NCBI GenBank assembly: GCA_018969715.1
Contig: JAGWXT010000009.1
Location: 4,664-68,663, forward strand
Direction: 5' to 3'
Length of the DNA: 64,000 nucleotides
Source of the DNA: Actinomycetales bacterium
GTDB lineage: Bacteria > Actinomycetota > Actinomycetes > S36-B12 > UBA5976
This document shows, piece by piece, positions 1-8,218 of the stretch (position 1 is the first letter of the stretch; each line of letters begins with the position of its first letter). The notes beneath the pieces were generated by a model. That model was given only the letters and a program-made list of their open reading frames with translations, did not search any database and was not told where the DNA came from. The position numbers were made by a program, and so were the translations under genes.

Positions 1-630
1 GCGCAGGGCAGCCAGCGGCAATTGGGGGGACGTAGGGAGAGGCCCGCTGGGCAGGTGGGCCACAAAGGCCCGAAAGCCCATGGGCAGCAGGGTGCGGTCG
101 AGGTTTGACGCCTTGCCCCGTCTTCCAGCCAAGACGCCGGCCGCGGCCGTGAGCGCTGCGGCGTTCGAGCCGGTGAGGACCACGATGGCGGCCCGGAACC
201 CCGCGTCATTGTCGCGGAGCCACTTGATCTGCTCGGCCCAGTCACCGGTCACGGCGGTGATCTCGTCGAGGAACCAGTGCCGGACCGCTCCCGGCGGGAT
301 AGGTGGCAGCGCAGTGTTCTGCGACAAGGTACGCAGATCCTTCGCCGCCCACCCGTGGACCGCAGTGCGGATGACGGCATGCGTTGGCGTGCCGCTTGTG
401 AGGAGCTCCTCAATCTTCTGCTTGACCGCCACCGTCTTCCCGACGCGCCGGGGCCCTCGAAGCAGGTAGAGGCCACCGGGCTCCAAGTCGGAGAGGACAC
501 CGGAGCGGTAGCTCAGTCCGGAGTTGCGAGCGTCGATCAGGTCGGCATCAATGGCGGCCCAGCCGGGATCACGCCACTAGGGGTTCAGCCGCGCCAACTC
601 TTGGGCTCGTTCGCCGATGCGTGTGATCAC
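1..630 (-). pseudogene. AAA+ ATPase (AAA_14/DUF4143-like), in-frame TAG at 577-579; runs off the window edge
   Basis: Manual minus-strand translation (absent from the ORF track): GTG(630) ...ELARLNP*WRDPGW...LYLLRGPRRVGKT (Walker A)...WFLDEIT (Walker B)...VVLTGSN. The stop falls in the family's N-terminal NPWW motif. Confidence 0.8.
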
Positions 631-632
631 GC

Positions 633-714
633 GGAGAAATGTATACCAATTACCGTGTTGCGCACGGAGAAATGTATACCAAATACCGTGTGGCGCACGG
701 AAGAAATGTATACC
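633..714. repeat. AT-rich 33-bp tandem repeat, 2 full copies plus 1 partial
   Basis: ggagaaatgtataccaattaccgtgttgcgcac (633-665), ggagaaatgtataccaaataccgtgtggcgcac (666-698), ggaagaaatgtatacc (699-714). Confidence 0.95.
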
Positions 715-903
715 CTCCTTCGTGGCACGCTAGGCGAGACCGTGGCCTGCTCCCGCGAATGGTGCCCTCGTACCGTCGTTCGTGCAATGATGAGAAGCTC
801 GGGTAAGGCAACCCGCTCGACCGCTCTCACGATTGGCGGGGCCGGCTTAGCGGCTGTGCGTAATGCCAGCATCGAGGGCGTCCGGAATTGAGATGGGGGT
901 CCC

Positions 904-2547
904 ATGACGCGAGAGTTGCCGACCCTGCGCCTGTGGCTTCCCGCTGCCGGCGAACCTCCCACCGGTGCGCCGAGCGCCGCCGGAGCCCGAGCGGCAACGA
1001 GGCTTGGTGCTTGGCGCCTACTGCAGATTGATCCTGAGTTCGTGCTCCCTGCCCGAACGGTCGGTATCTCCCTCATCACGCCAGTGACGAGCGTGAATGT
1101 TGAACAACTCCGATCATTGGGGAAGTCGGTGAGTGGCCAAACGCACCCGACCTGGCGGTGGCTGGTGATCGGAATCGGACTAGGCCCGGAGGATCGTCAG
1201 AAGCTGGCGGCCTTCGGGCATCATCAGCCGCGCACAACCGTGGTGACCGATCCCGTGTCTGGAGGATCTGAGGCTCTCTGGACGCTGGTTCGATCCCAAG
1301 CCGCAAGTGAACTGGTCGCCTTCGCAGATGCGACGGACTGCCTGATGCCTCACGCACTCAGCCGAGTTTCCTTGCTCTTCGGAAGTGTTCCCGAGCTTGA
1401 CGTCCTCTACGCCGACGAGTTCACATATGTCGGGGAGTTCGCCTACGACCACGCATGCGTGCCGAACGCGCCCGCGGGTTACCTGCCCAAACCAGCGTGG
1501 AGCCCCCTGTTGGCTCAACGTGTGCCCTATCTCGGACATTTCGTCGCCTTCCGTCGTCAGATCCTCGACCTACCGAAATCTCACGATTCTGTCGGCACCG
1601 CCGGACTTGACGCGCTCATCCGGGCTGCCTCATCGTCGCGCGGGATCGGGCATCTGACCGAGCCCCTGTCCGCACGACCCGTGGACTCCCCCCAAGTGAT
1701 CAGATCGGTCAGGCGAGAGGAAGCGCCAGTGGTGACTGGCCGGCAGCCGCAGCGGGCCGACCGAACCATCAGCGTCGTGGTGCCCACCAAGGATCACGCC
1801 GCCGATCTGGAACGGTGCTTGCGGTCGGTCAGATCAGGAACGCAAGGCCTGCCCGTTGAGGTCATCGTTGTCGATCATGAATCCACCGAACCCGCCACCG
1901 CTCGTGTCATCGCCGACTTTGCAGACAAGGTCATCCGGCAGGAGGGGGATTTCAACTTTTCGCGATTGGTCAACGCCGGTGTCGCCCGAGCAGACGGGCA
2001 ACTGGTTGTCCTTCTCAACAACGACACGGAGGGATTGTCGGAGGCGTGGCTTGACCAGTTGGCGTCACCTTTCGCGTCCAGCAGGGTGGGTGCGGTCGGC
2101 GCTTTGCTCCTTGAAGTTGACGACTGTATTCAGCACACGGGTATCGCTGTGGGTGGCAGTGGGCTAACGACCCACCCTTATCGGGGAGCACCGAGGGAAC
2201 TGGACGACCCACCGGGGCTAGCGCGCGACATTCGGGAAGTTACGGCTGCCACCGGGGCCTGCCTCGCGGTCCGCCGTGACGTATATCTTGACCTCGGCGG
2301 AATGGACGAGGAGTACCTCGTTCACTATCAGGACGTCGACCTCTGTCTTCGGATCTGGGATGCTCGCTTGTCGGTGGTGGTGAATCCAGCATGCGTGTTG
2401 CGTCACAAGGAGAGTTCCTCACTTCATCAGGCCGACTGGACGACGATCTCTGCGCATTCCCGACGGGACCGCACGCGGTTTCGCGAGCGGTGGGCGTCGC
2501 TCGTTGCCCATGACGATCTCTTCCTGCGGGGGGCCGGAGCTGGCTGA
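904..2547 (+). CDS. Glycosyltransferase family 2 with two GT-A domains (rhamnosyltransferase-like)
   Basis: C-terminal domain SVVVPTKD..DLERCL..VIVVDHES..FNFSRLVNAG..LLNNDT..TGACLAVRR..GGMDE..YQDVDLC; a second, degenerate GT-A domain lies N-terminal. Confidence 0.85.
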   Translation: MTRELPTLRLWLPAAGEPPTGAPSAAGARAATRLGAWRLLQIDPEFVLPARTVGISLITPVTSVNVEQLRSLGKSVSGQTHPTWRWLVIGIGLGPEDRQKLAAFGHHQPRTTVVTDPVSGGSEALWTLVRSQAASELVAFADATDCLMPHALSRVSLLFGSVPELDVLYADEFTYVGEFAYDHACVPNAPAGYLPKPAWSPLLAQRVPYLGHFVAFRRQILDLPKSHDSVGTAGLDALIRAASSSRGIGHLTEPLSARPVDSPQVIRSVRREEAPVVTGRQPQRADRTISVVVPTKDHAADLERCLRSVRSGTQGLPVEVIVVDHESTEPATARVIADFADKVIRQEGDFNFSRLVNAGVARADGQLVVLLNNDTEGLSEAWLDQLASPFASSRVGAVGALLLEVDDCIQHTGIAVGGSGLTTHPYRGAPRELDDPPGLARDIREVTAATGACLAVRRDVYLDLGGMDEEYLVHYQDVDLCLRIWDARLSVVVNPACVLRHKESSSLHQADWTTISAHSRRDRTRFRERWASLVAHDDLFLRGAGAG

Positions 2548-2585
2548 GTCGTCGACGGCCGGAGGTGTTGCGGCATGATCGGACG

Positions 2586-3461
2586 GTGTCCGATGCCGCC
2601 GCCCCCGAGGACGACGGCGCACGCGACCTCGCCGCGGACCTGCACATCGCCCTTGCCTGCCTTGATCGGGCCGCCGAGATCAGCGTCCCGGGCTGGCTGG
2701 GGGACCGGACCCCGACCCGCAAGGCCGACGGCTCCCCCGTCACCGAAACCGACATCGCCTGCGAGGAGGCGATCCGCGCCCTGCTCGCCGCCGAACGGCC
2801 CGCCGACGGCGTGTACGGGGAGGAGCGTCCGACGACCGCGGGGGACTCCGGCTGGCAGTGGGTGATCGACCCCATCGATGGCACCTCCAACTTCACCCGC
2901 GGCATGCCCGTATGGGCCACGCTGATCGGGCTGGTCTCCCCACAGGGCCGCCCCGTCGTCGGGGCGGTGGGGGCCCCCGCCCTGGGGATGCGATGGTGGG
3001 CGCACGACGGGGGGCCCGCGTACCACACCGCCCCCCTGCAGCAGGCGCCGAAGCCCATCGCCGTATCGCACGTCGACTCGCTCGAGCGGGCGTACGCGTC
3101 GGTGGCCATCGGCGAGAACGGACGCGCCGCCGATCCGCGCACCCTCGCGGACGGCTCCGCCATCGACATGCTCGCCATTGAGGCCGCCATCGCGCGGCGG
3201 GTGTGGCGCCTGCGGGGACTGGGGGACTTCCTCGCGCACCTGCTGGTCGCGCAGGGTGCGCTCGACATCGCCATCGACACCCCCGGCCTCGCCCCCTACG
3301 ACGTCGCTGCACTCGTGCCGATCGTGACGGCTGCAGGTGGACGGATGACCACCTTTGACGGTGCTGCCGACTACGCCCACGGCACCGCGATGAGCACCAA
3401 CGGGCACCTGCATGCGGCAGCCCAGGGGGCCCTTGCCGCGGCGTGCCGCACCAGCGAGTAG
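2586..3461 (+). CDS. hisN: Histidinol-phosphate phosphatase HisN (inositol monophosphatase family)
   Basis: SPVTETD..EE, WVIDPIDGTSNFTRGMPVWATLIGL, GDF..HLLVAQG..DIA. Start chosen at GTG 2586 (CATGAT-N6); the ORF track starts at 2565. Confidence 0.8.
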   Translation: MSDAAAPEDDGARDLAADLHIALACLDRAAEISVPGWLGDRTPTRKADGSPVTETDIACEEAIRALLAAERPADGVYGEERPTTAGDSGWQWVIDPIDGTSNFTRGMPVWATLIGLVSPQGRPVVGAVGAPALGMRWWAHDGGPAYHTAPLQQAPKPIAVSHVDSLERAYASVAIGENGRAADPRTLADGSAIDMLAIEAAIARRVWRLRGLGDFLAHLLVAQGALDIAIDTPGLAPYDVAALVPIVTAAGGRMTTFDGAADYAHGTAMSTNGHLHAAAQGALAAACRTSE

Positions 3462-3555
3462 CCTGAGGGCTATGGCTGTGGGTCTCGTGCGCCGTCGGGC
3501 GGTCGACCACGGTCACTGCGCATCGCAGCGCTGTCGCACCCACTGAGCAACCGTT

Positions 3556-3617
3556 GGGGCTCCGGCCCCACGCCGCTGGGGCATCGGCCCCACGCCGCTA
3601 GGGCTCCGGCCCCACGC
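3556..3617. repeat. 22-bp tandem repeat x3, each copy with a GGGGC-N4-GCCCC hairpin
   Basis: ggggctccggccccacgccgct / ggggcatcggccccacgccgct / agggctccggccccacgc in the hisN-DUF4395 intergenic region. Confidence 0.9.
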
Positions 3618-3678
3618 ACTGCCTGCCGCTCGCTCCCATGTGCACCCCCACCTGCTGCCCCTTCCGAGAGGAACTCCC

Positions 3679-4194
3679 ATGACCTCGTCCACGACCCCCG
3701 CCCCGGCCAGCCCCCCTTCCACGTCCACGACCCCCGCCCCGGCCGGCCCCGGCGGTGGGGTGGATGTCCGCATCGTCCGCGCCAGCGCCCTGCTGACCTT
3801 GCTTATTACCCTCATCGCCGGCTTGGCCCTGCTCACCGGCCGGTCGACTCTGGCGGTGGCCCTGCTCGCGGTGCAGGTCATCGCCTTCTCCCTTGGCATC
3901 TGGCGGCTGCCCGCCCAGCCGTGGTCGCGGATCGCCCGGCTCACCGGCCTGTTCCGGGTGTTCCCCACTGGACCGGCCGAGCACGCGCTGCCCGTCCGCT
4001 TCTCCCAGCAGGTAGGCCTGCTGTGCGTGCTGCCCGCCCTGATCGCCGCCCTCGCCGGCTGGTCGGTGGTCGCGATCGTCTTCGCCCTCGCCTGTGCGGG
4101 GGCGTCGGCGCTGAATGCGTTCGCGAACATCTGCCTTGCCTGCCGGGTCTACCCCACCTGGCGCCTGGTCACCGGCCGTCTCGGTTTGCGCTGA
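3679..4194 (+). CDS. DUF4395-family membrane protein
   Basis: PVRFSQQVG and ALNAFANICLACRVY motifs, hydrophobic helices; SD gagga before ATG 3679. Confidence 0.75.
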   Translation: MTSSTTPAPASPPSTSTTPAPAGPGGGVDVRIVRASALLTLLITLIAGLALLTGRSTLAVALLAVQVIAFSLGIWRLPAQPWSRIARLTGLFRVFPTGPAEHALPVRFSQQVGLLCVLPALIAALAGWSVVAIVFALACAGASALNAFANICLACRVYPTWRLVTGRLGLR

Positions 4195-4221
4195 TCGCTC
4201 GGCGGAGTAGCCTCCGGTGAC

Positions 4222-4989
4222 GTGTGGCGGTCCTATGTTGCCCTCGGGGACTCCTTCACCGAGGGCCTTGACGATCCCGTCGGCCCCCTCGCCCCGGGTG
4301 TCTACCGGGGGTGGGCCGATCGGCTCGCCGCGCACCTGGACCAGCGTGAGCCGGGGGTCCGCTACGCCAACCTCGGCATCCGGGGGCGCACCCTCGCGCG
4401 GGTGATCGACGAGCAGGTGCCCGCCGCCCTCGCCCTCCGCCCCGACCTCGTCACCATCGGCGCGGGAGTCAACGACGCGATGCGCCGCCACTGGGACCCC
4501 GATCGGCTCGCCGCCACCTACGACGAGGGGGTGGCCGCACTGCGCACCAGCGGGGCGACCGTCGTGATGATCGGCTTCGGCGACCCCACCCTGCGCGGAG
4601 GCCTAGTCGGACGGTTCGCCAGCCGGTTCGCCCGCCTCAACGCGGACGTCCACCGCATCGCCGCCCGCCACGGGTGCGCGGTGGTCGACTTCTGGCCGCA
4701 TGCGGTGTTCGCCGAGGACCGCTTCTGGTCAGCCGACCGCCTGCACCTGAACTCCCGCGGCCACGCCGTTGCCGCCCGCGCCGCCCTCCACGCCCTCGGC
4801 CTCGCCGACGACAGCTGGACCCGCCCGCCCGGTGAGCAACCCCCGCCACCGTCCTGGCTGGGCCAGCGCACCGCCGACGCAACCTGGGCGGGGCGTCACC
4901 TGCTGCCGTGGGTGGTGCGCCGGCTGCGCGGGGTCTCCTCCGGCGACGGGATCACCGCGAAGCGACCGGAGCTGTCCCCCCTGCCGTGA
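4222..4989 (+). CDS. SGNH/GDSL hydrolase
   Basis: YVALGDSFTEG (block I), NLGIRG (II), GAGVND (III), DRLHLNSRGH (V). Confidence 0.9.
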   Translation: MWRSYVALGDSFTEGLDDPVGPLAPGVYRGWADRLAAHLDQREPGVRYANLGIRGRTLARVIDEQVPAALALRPDLVTIGAGVNDAMRRHWDPDRLAATYDEGVAALRTSGATVVMIGFGDPTLRGGLVGRFASRFARLNADVHRIAARHGCAVVDFWPHAVFAEDRFWSADRLHLNSRGHAVAARAALHALGLADDSWTRPPGEQPPPPSWLGQRTADATWAGRHLLPWVVRRLRGVSSGDGITAKRPELSPLP

Positions 4990-5782
4990 CCCCGGCGCCT
5001 ACGTCGTCCAGCAGGCCAAGGGTGCGCGCCGTCCGCACCGCCTGATGCCGATCCGACGCCCCGAGCAGTCGCAGCAGCCGCGAGATCTCCAACTTGATGG
5101 TGGACTCCGAGCACCCGTGGTCCGCGGCGATTCCCTTCGCGGTGCGGCCCGCCGCCAGGCCCCACAGCACCGCCGACTGCCGGGAAGAGAGGGTGAACCC
5201 CCCGACCGCCTCCGCCCGCCGGCCGACCCGGGTGGGGTGGGTCAACCACAGGCCCAGTGCCGCGGACAGCCCCCCGAGCAGGGGCCCATCGTCGAGCTCC
5301 ACCGCGTGGCCCAGCGCCGCGAGGAACGCCCCCACGCTGCGGCCCTGTGCGGTGATGGGGGCGGCGACGGCCGCATCGACGGGTGTCAGGGGCGCCGCCG
5401 GTGCCGGGTTGGCCTCGGCGGCGGATCGGGTGGGATCAACCGGGGGCGGCGGGTCGCCCGCGCCAAGCAGCGTCCCCAGCAGCGGCAGACCGGCGGCACC
5501 CGCGTTGATCGTGACCGGCTCGGCATCGCGGAACGCCTGCGCCAGCGGCACATCCGCAGTCACCGCGATCGGAGGCAGGACGGCTGACAGATCGGGCAGC
5601 CGGCGACTCCACCCGCACGGCAGCAACGCCCCATTGCCGTCATGGTCGACGAGGACCACCAGCCGCGTGTCGAACTCCACCAAGGGGCCGCACATCATCG
5701 CCCGGGCAACCTCATCGGGGGCCGGGAAAGTCGCGAGGAAGCGCAGAAAGGCTGGCAGTCCCCGCAACGACTCGTATGCCAT
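4952..5782 (-). CDS. LuxR-type HTH regulator with N-terminal GAF-like sensor domain
   Basis: C-terminal LSSRQSAVLWGLAAGRTAKGIAADHGCSESTIKLEISRLLRLLGASDRHQAV; start moved to ATG 5782 (MAYESL); no REC motif. Confidence 0.75.
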   Translation of the reverse strand: MAYESLRGLPAFLRFLATFPAPDEVARAMMCGPLVEFDTRLVVLVDHDGNGALLPCGWSRRLPDLSAVLPPIAVTADVPLAQAFRDAEPVTINAGAAGLPLLGTLLGAGDPPPPVDPTRSAAEANPAPAAPLTPVDAAVAAPITAQGRSVGAFLAALGHAVELDDGPLLGGLSAALGLWLTHPTRVGRRAEAVGGFTLSSRQSAVLWGLAAGRTAKGIAADHGCSESTIKLEISRLLRLLGASDRHQAVRTARTLGLLDDVGAGVTAGGTAPVASR

Positions 5783-5846
5783 GGCCCCCTCACCGTTGTG
5801 CTGGCCAGCCGACGCAACACTCCCGCGCATGCCGCGATACCGGCGA

Positions 5847-5887
5847 AGTCTAGGCGCCGCGACTGACACATCCTTGCGTAAACGCAA
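5847..5887 (-). promoter_or_regulatory. Candidate promoter of the LuxR gene: -10 TAGACT (5847-5852) plus inverted repeat TTGCGT-AA-ACGCAA (5874-5887)
   Basis: Both elements read directly from the sequence; function inferred from position. Confidence 0.5.
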
Positions 5888-5931
5888 CGGCGCGGAGCTC
5901 AGTGGGGTGGGCTGCAGGTTCTGGGCCCCCG

Positions 5932-6070
5932 GCCAGTCCCGCCCGCCCCAGCAGCCCCAGCAGCCCCGGTCCCGCCCGACCCAGCAGCCCCGGTCCCGCC
6001 CGACCCAGCCGTCCCACCAGCCCCAGTCCCGGCCGCCCCAGCCGTCCCACCAGCCCCAGTCCCGGCCCGG
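5932..6070. repeat. C-rich compound tandem repeat block (24-bp x2, 33-bp x2, 9-bp units)
   Basis: ccagcagccccggtcccgcccgac x2 (5957-6004); ccagccgtcccaccagccccagtcccggcc(gcc) x2 (6005-6067). Confidence 0.9.
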
Positions 6071-6168
6071 CGTAGACTGTGGCGAAGGACGAGCCGGCTT
6101 GCGCCCGCGCAACCGCCGTCTGACCCCCCTTCACGACACCGGCCTCGGCCGGCGACGAAGGGCGGTCG

Positions 6169-7293
6169 GTGGCGCGGCAGTTCGTGCTGTTCTGTGGGGT
6201 GCTGTTGGCTGCGCTGCTGGCCGCGGCGACGCCCCACGCCCCGGCCCCGGCGCAGGCCGCGGCGGCACCCCAGGCCCAGGCGCCGGCAGCGCCCGTCCGC
6301 ACGACCAGCCTGCCACCCTCACCGAAGGCGGCGCTCCCCGCGGCCTGTCCCGTTGGCGGGCTATCAATGCACGTCCCCTGGGCGCTCGGCGGGCCGCGCA
6401 TCGAACCGGACGGCCGGCTCGTGGAACACCGGGGGGACTGGCCCGATCTGCCCGTCACCGGCCTGCGCCTATGGGATACGCGCACCGCCTGGCTCAACCT
6501 CGAACCGGCCGACGATCAGTGGCAGTTCGCCCACCTCGACGCCCTCCTCGCCAAGGCGCGCAGTGAAGGGGTCACGCGCATCACGCTCGTCCTCGGTGGC
6601 ACCCCGCGCTGGGCCGCCGCCCGAGTCGCCCCCACCGATGCGCCCTGGCTGGGACCCGGCTCCGCCTCACCGCCACGCGACCTGCGCTCATGGCAGCAGT
6701 ACGTCGGCGTCATCGCCGCCCGCTACGCCGGCCAGATCAACACCTACGAGATCCTCAACGAGCCCCTCAGCCCTGCGTTCTTCAACGGCACCCCCGCCGA
6801 GTGGGCGCAACTGGTGACCGTGGCCGCCCGCGAGATCCACACCCACGACCCCGCGGCCGACATCGTCGCCTCCGGATTCATCCTGCACTCCCACAGCGAC
6901 CTCGTCGACACCCGCCCCTGGCTGGCCGCCCTCGCCCGAGAATCCGGCGGCGAGCTGCCCCTGACGGGCCTATCGATCCACTGGTACCCGAACTCCTGGT
7001 CGGCAATCGCCGGACTCGGACGGCTGGCTGCCCGTTTCCGGGCTGAGGCAGCCACCCTCGGCCTGCCCCGCCGGATCATCGTCACCGAGGCGAATGCGCT
7101 CGCCACCCGCGGCTTCCCCGGCCCGCACACCGCGCGCGCCGTCACCGGGCTGATGGCTCAGGCCCGCCTTGCCGACATCGACGAACTCACCTGGTACGCG
7201 TGGCTCGACCTGCCCTCGCCGACGATGCCCCTCCACACCGGCACCCCCGCGGCCCTCACCTTGCAGCACTGCAACAACCGCGCCCGGCCCTGA
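6169..7293 (+). CDS. Secreted clan GH-A glycoside hydrolase (GH39/GH5-like)
   Basis: Signal-like N-terminus and Ala/Pro linker; LRLWD..W..LEP; acid/base YEILNEP; putative nucleophile IIVTE. Confidence 0.75.
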   Translation: MARQFVLFCGVLLAALLAAATPHAPAPAQAAAAPQAQAPAAPVRTTSLPPSPKAALPAACPVGGLSMHVPWALGGPRIEPDGRLVEHRGDWPDLPVTGLRLWDTRTAWLNLEPADDQWQFAHLDALLAKARSEGVTRITLVLGGTPRWAAARVAPTDAPWLGPGSASPPRDLRSWQQYVGVIAARYAGQINTYEILNEPLSPAFFNGTPAEWAQLVTVAAREIHTHDPAADIVASGFILHSHSDLVDTRPWLAALARESGGELPLTGLSIHWYPNSWSAIAGLGRLAARFRAEAATLGLPRRIIVTEANALATRGFPGPHTARAVTGLMAQARLADIDELTWYAWLDLPSPTMPLHTGTPAALTLQHCNNRARP

Positions 7294-7394
7294 ACCCCCC
7301 ACCACAGCTGCCGCCGGGTGTCCACAACCCCGCCATCGGCCACCCACCCCATGTCAGTGCCGCTCACTACGGTGACCCTTGCCTATCCAAACCC

Positions 7395-7439
7395 TTGCAA
7401 TTCCCTAAACGAAGCCTTACGTTTCGGGGGGGGGGGGGG
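7395..7439 (+). promoter_or_regulatory. Sigma70-type promoter TTGCAA-N17-TACGTT followed by a G14 homopolymer
   Basis: -35 at 7395-7400, -10 at 7418-7423, G run 7426-7439. Confidence 0.6.
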
Positions 7440-7518
7440 CTAACCGAAGGGGTTCACGCCCTGACGGGGTGCCCCTCCGTCGGGTCGACTCAACGCCAGA
7501 CGGCGGGAACGGGGAGTC

Positions 7519-7743
7519 ATGAGCACAATCGAGGTCACACTCACGTGGGACGACGAGCCAGCGTTCACCGTGGACGAGCGGGACGGGGTCACCACCGTCC
7601 ACGCATCGTGCGCGCTGTCGGAATCGCAGGTCGCCGCCGCCTGCGCATCTCTCGACGGCAACGGTCCGGCCGTCCTCGCCGCCTGGCGATCCGCCGTCGG
7701 CCTCACCCCGGCCGCCGCCCCCCACGGGGCAGCCAGCCCCTAA
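7519..7743 (+). CDS. Hypothetical 74-aa protein
   Basis: SD ggggag before ATG, upstream promoter, GC3-rich codons; no family recognised. Confidence 0.65.
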   Translation: MSTIEVTLTWDDEPAFTVDERDGVTTVHASCALSESQVAAACASLDGNGPAVLAAWRSAVGLTPAAAPHGAASP

Positions 7744-7769
7744 GGCCCCGCTCGCCGTCAGCGCCCGCG

Positions 7770-8069
7770 CTACCGCTTGCGAGGCCAGGTGAACGTCTGC
7801 CGTCGACCATCACGCTTGCGCATCGGCAGCGGGTCGGCGTCCGGGTCAACCGCCCCGATCCGCACGAGCACCTCGTAGACGCTCACCTCAAGCCCCTGCG
7901 CCAGCCCCTCCAGGGCATCCACCCGTGGCCGTTGCTGCTGGTGGAAGATCCGCGAGATATTGCCCTTGTCTGACTCGCAGCGCTCAGCCACCTCATCAAG
8001 GGACGACAGGCCCAGCGCATCCATCCGCGCCCTCAGCCACGCGACACTCTGCTCCGGTGTGGCCCGCAT
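7770..8069 (-). CDS. XRE-family helix-turn-helix protein (99 aa)
   Basis: LRARMDALGLSSLDEVAERCESDKGNISRIFHQQQRPRVDALEGLAQGLEVS; strong SD aggagg before ATG 8069. Confidence 0.8.
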   Translation of the reverse strand: MRATPEQSVAWLRARMDALGLSSLDEVAERCESDKGNISRIFHQQQRPRVDALEGLAQGLEVSVYEVLVRIGAVDPDADPLPMRKRDGRRQTFTWPRKR

Positions 8070-8218
8070 ACGACTCCTCCTGCTGATGGCGTGGACTAGG
8101 CGATGAGATCGGTGGGGCACCCACGAACCGCCGCCCCACCCGCGAGACGCCGAACGATTGCGCCCGCGCTACCCAGAGGATAACCCGGGGCTTAGCCGGA
8201 GCTGCACGGGAGGGAGTT

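Noticed and set aside
577-579. Genome-wide TAG recoding or amber readthrough
   Set aside because: Single instance; TAG ends normal genes here (rpmE, atpA, atpD), prfA is intact, and no suppressor or pyl genes were seen.
633-714. 33-bp repeats as a mini CRISPR array
   Set aside because: Copies are directly adjacent with no unique spacers, and there are no cas genes in the window.
277-891. 204-aa plus-strand ORF containing EKCIPxTVxRT repeats
   Set aside because: Lies antisense to the motif-bearing ATPase; the peptide repeats just reflect the 33-bp DNA repeat.
5094-6566. 490-aa plus-strand ORF crossing the repeat block
   Set aside because: Overlaps the LuxR gene antisense and the hydrolase out of frame; its QQPRSRPT repeats come from the DNA repeat.
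7400-7518. Known riboswitch (c-di-AMP or c-di-GMP) upstream of the 74-aa ORF
   Set aside because: Consensus aptamer motifs could not be matched by eye; only short alternative stems are present. An Rfam scan would settle it.
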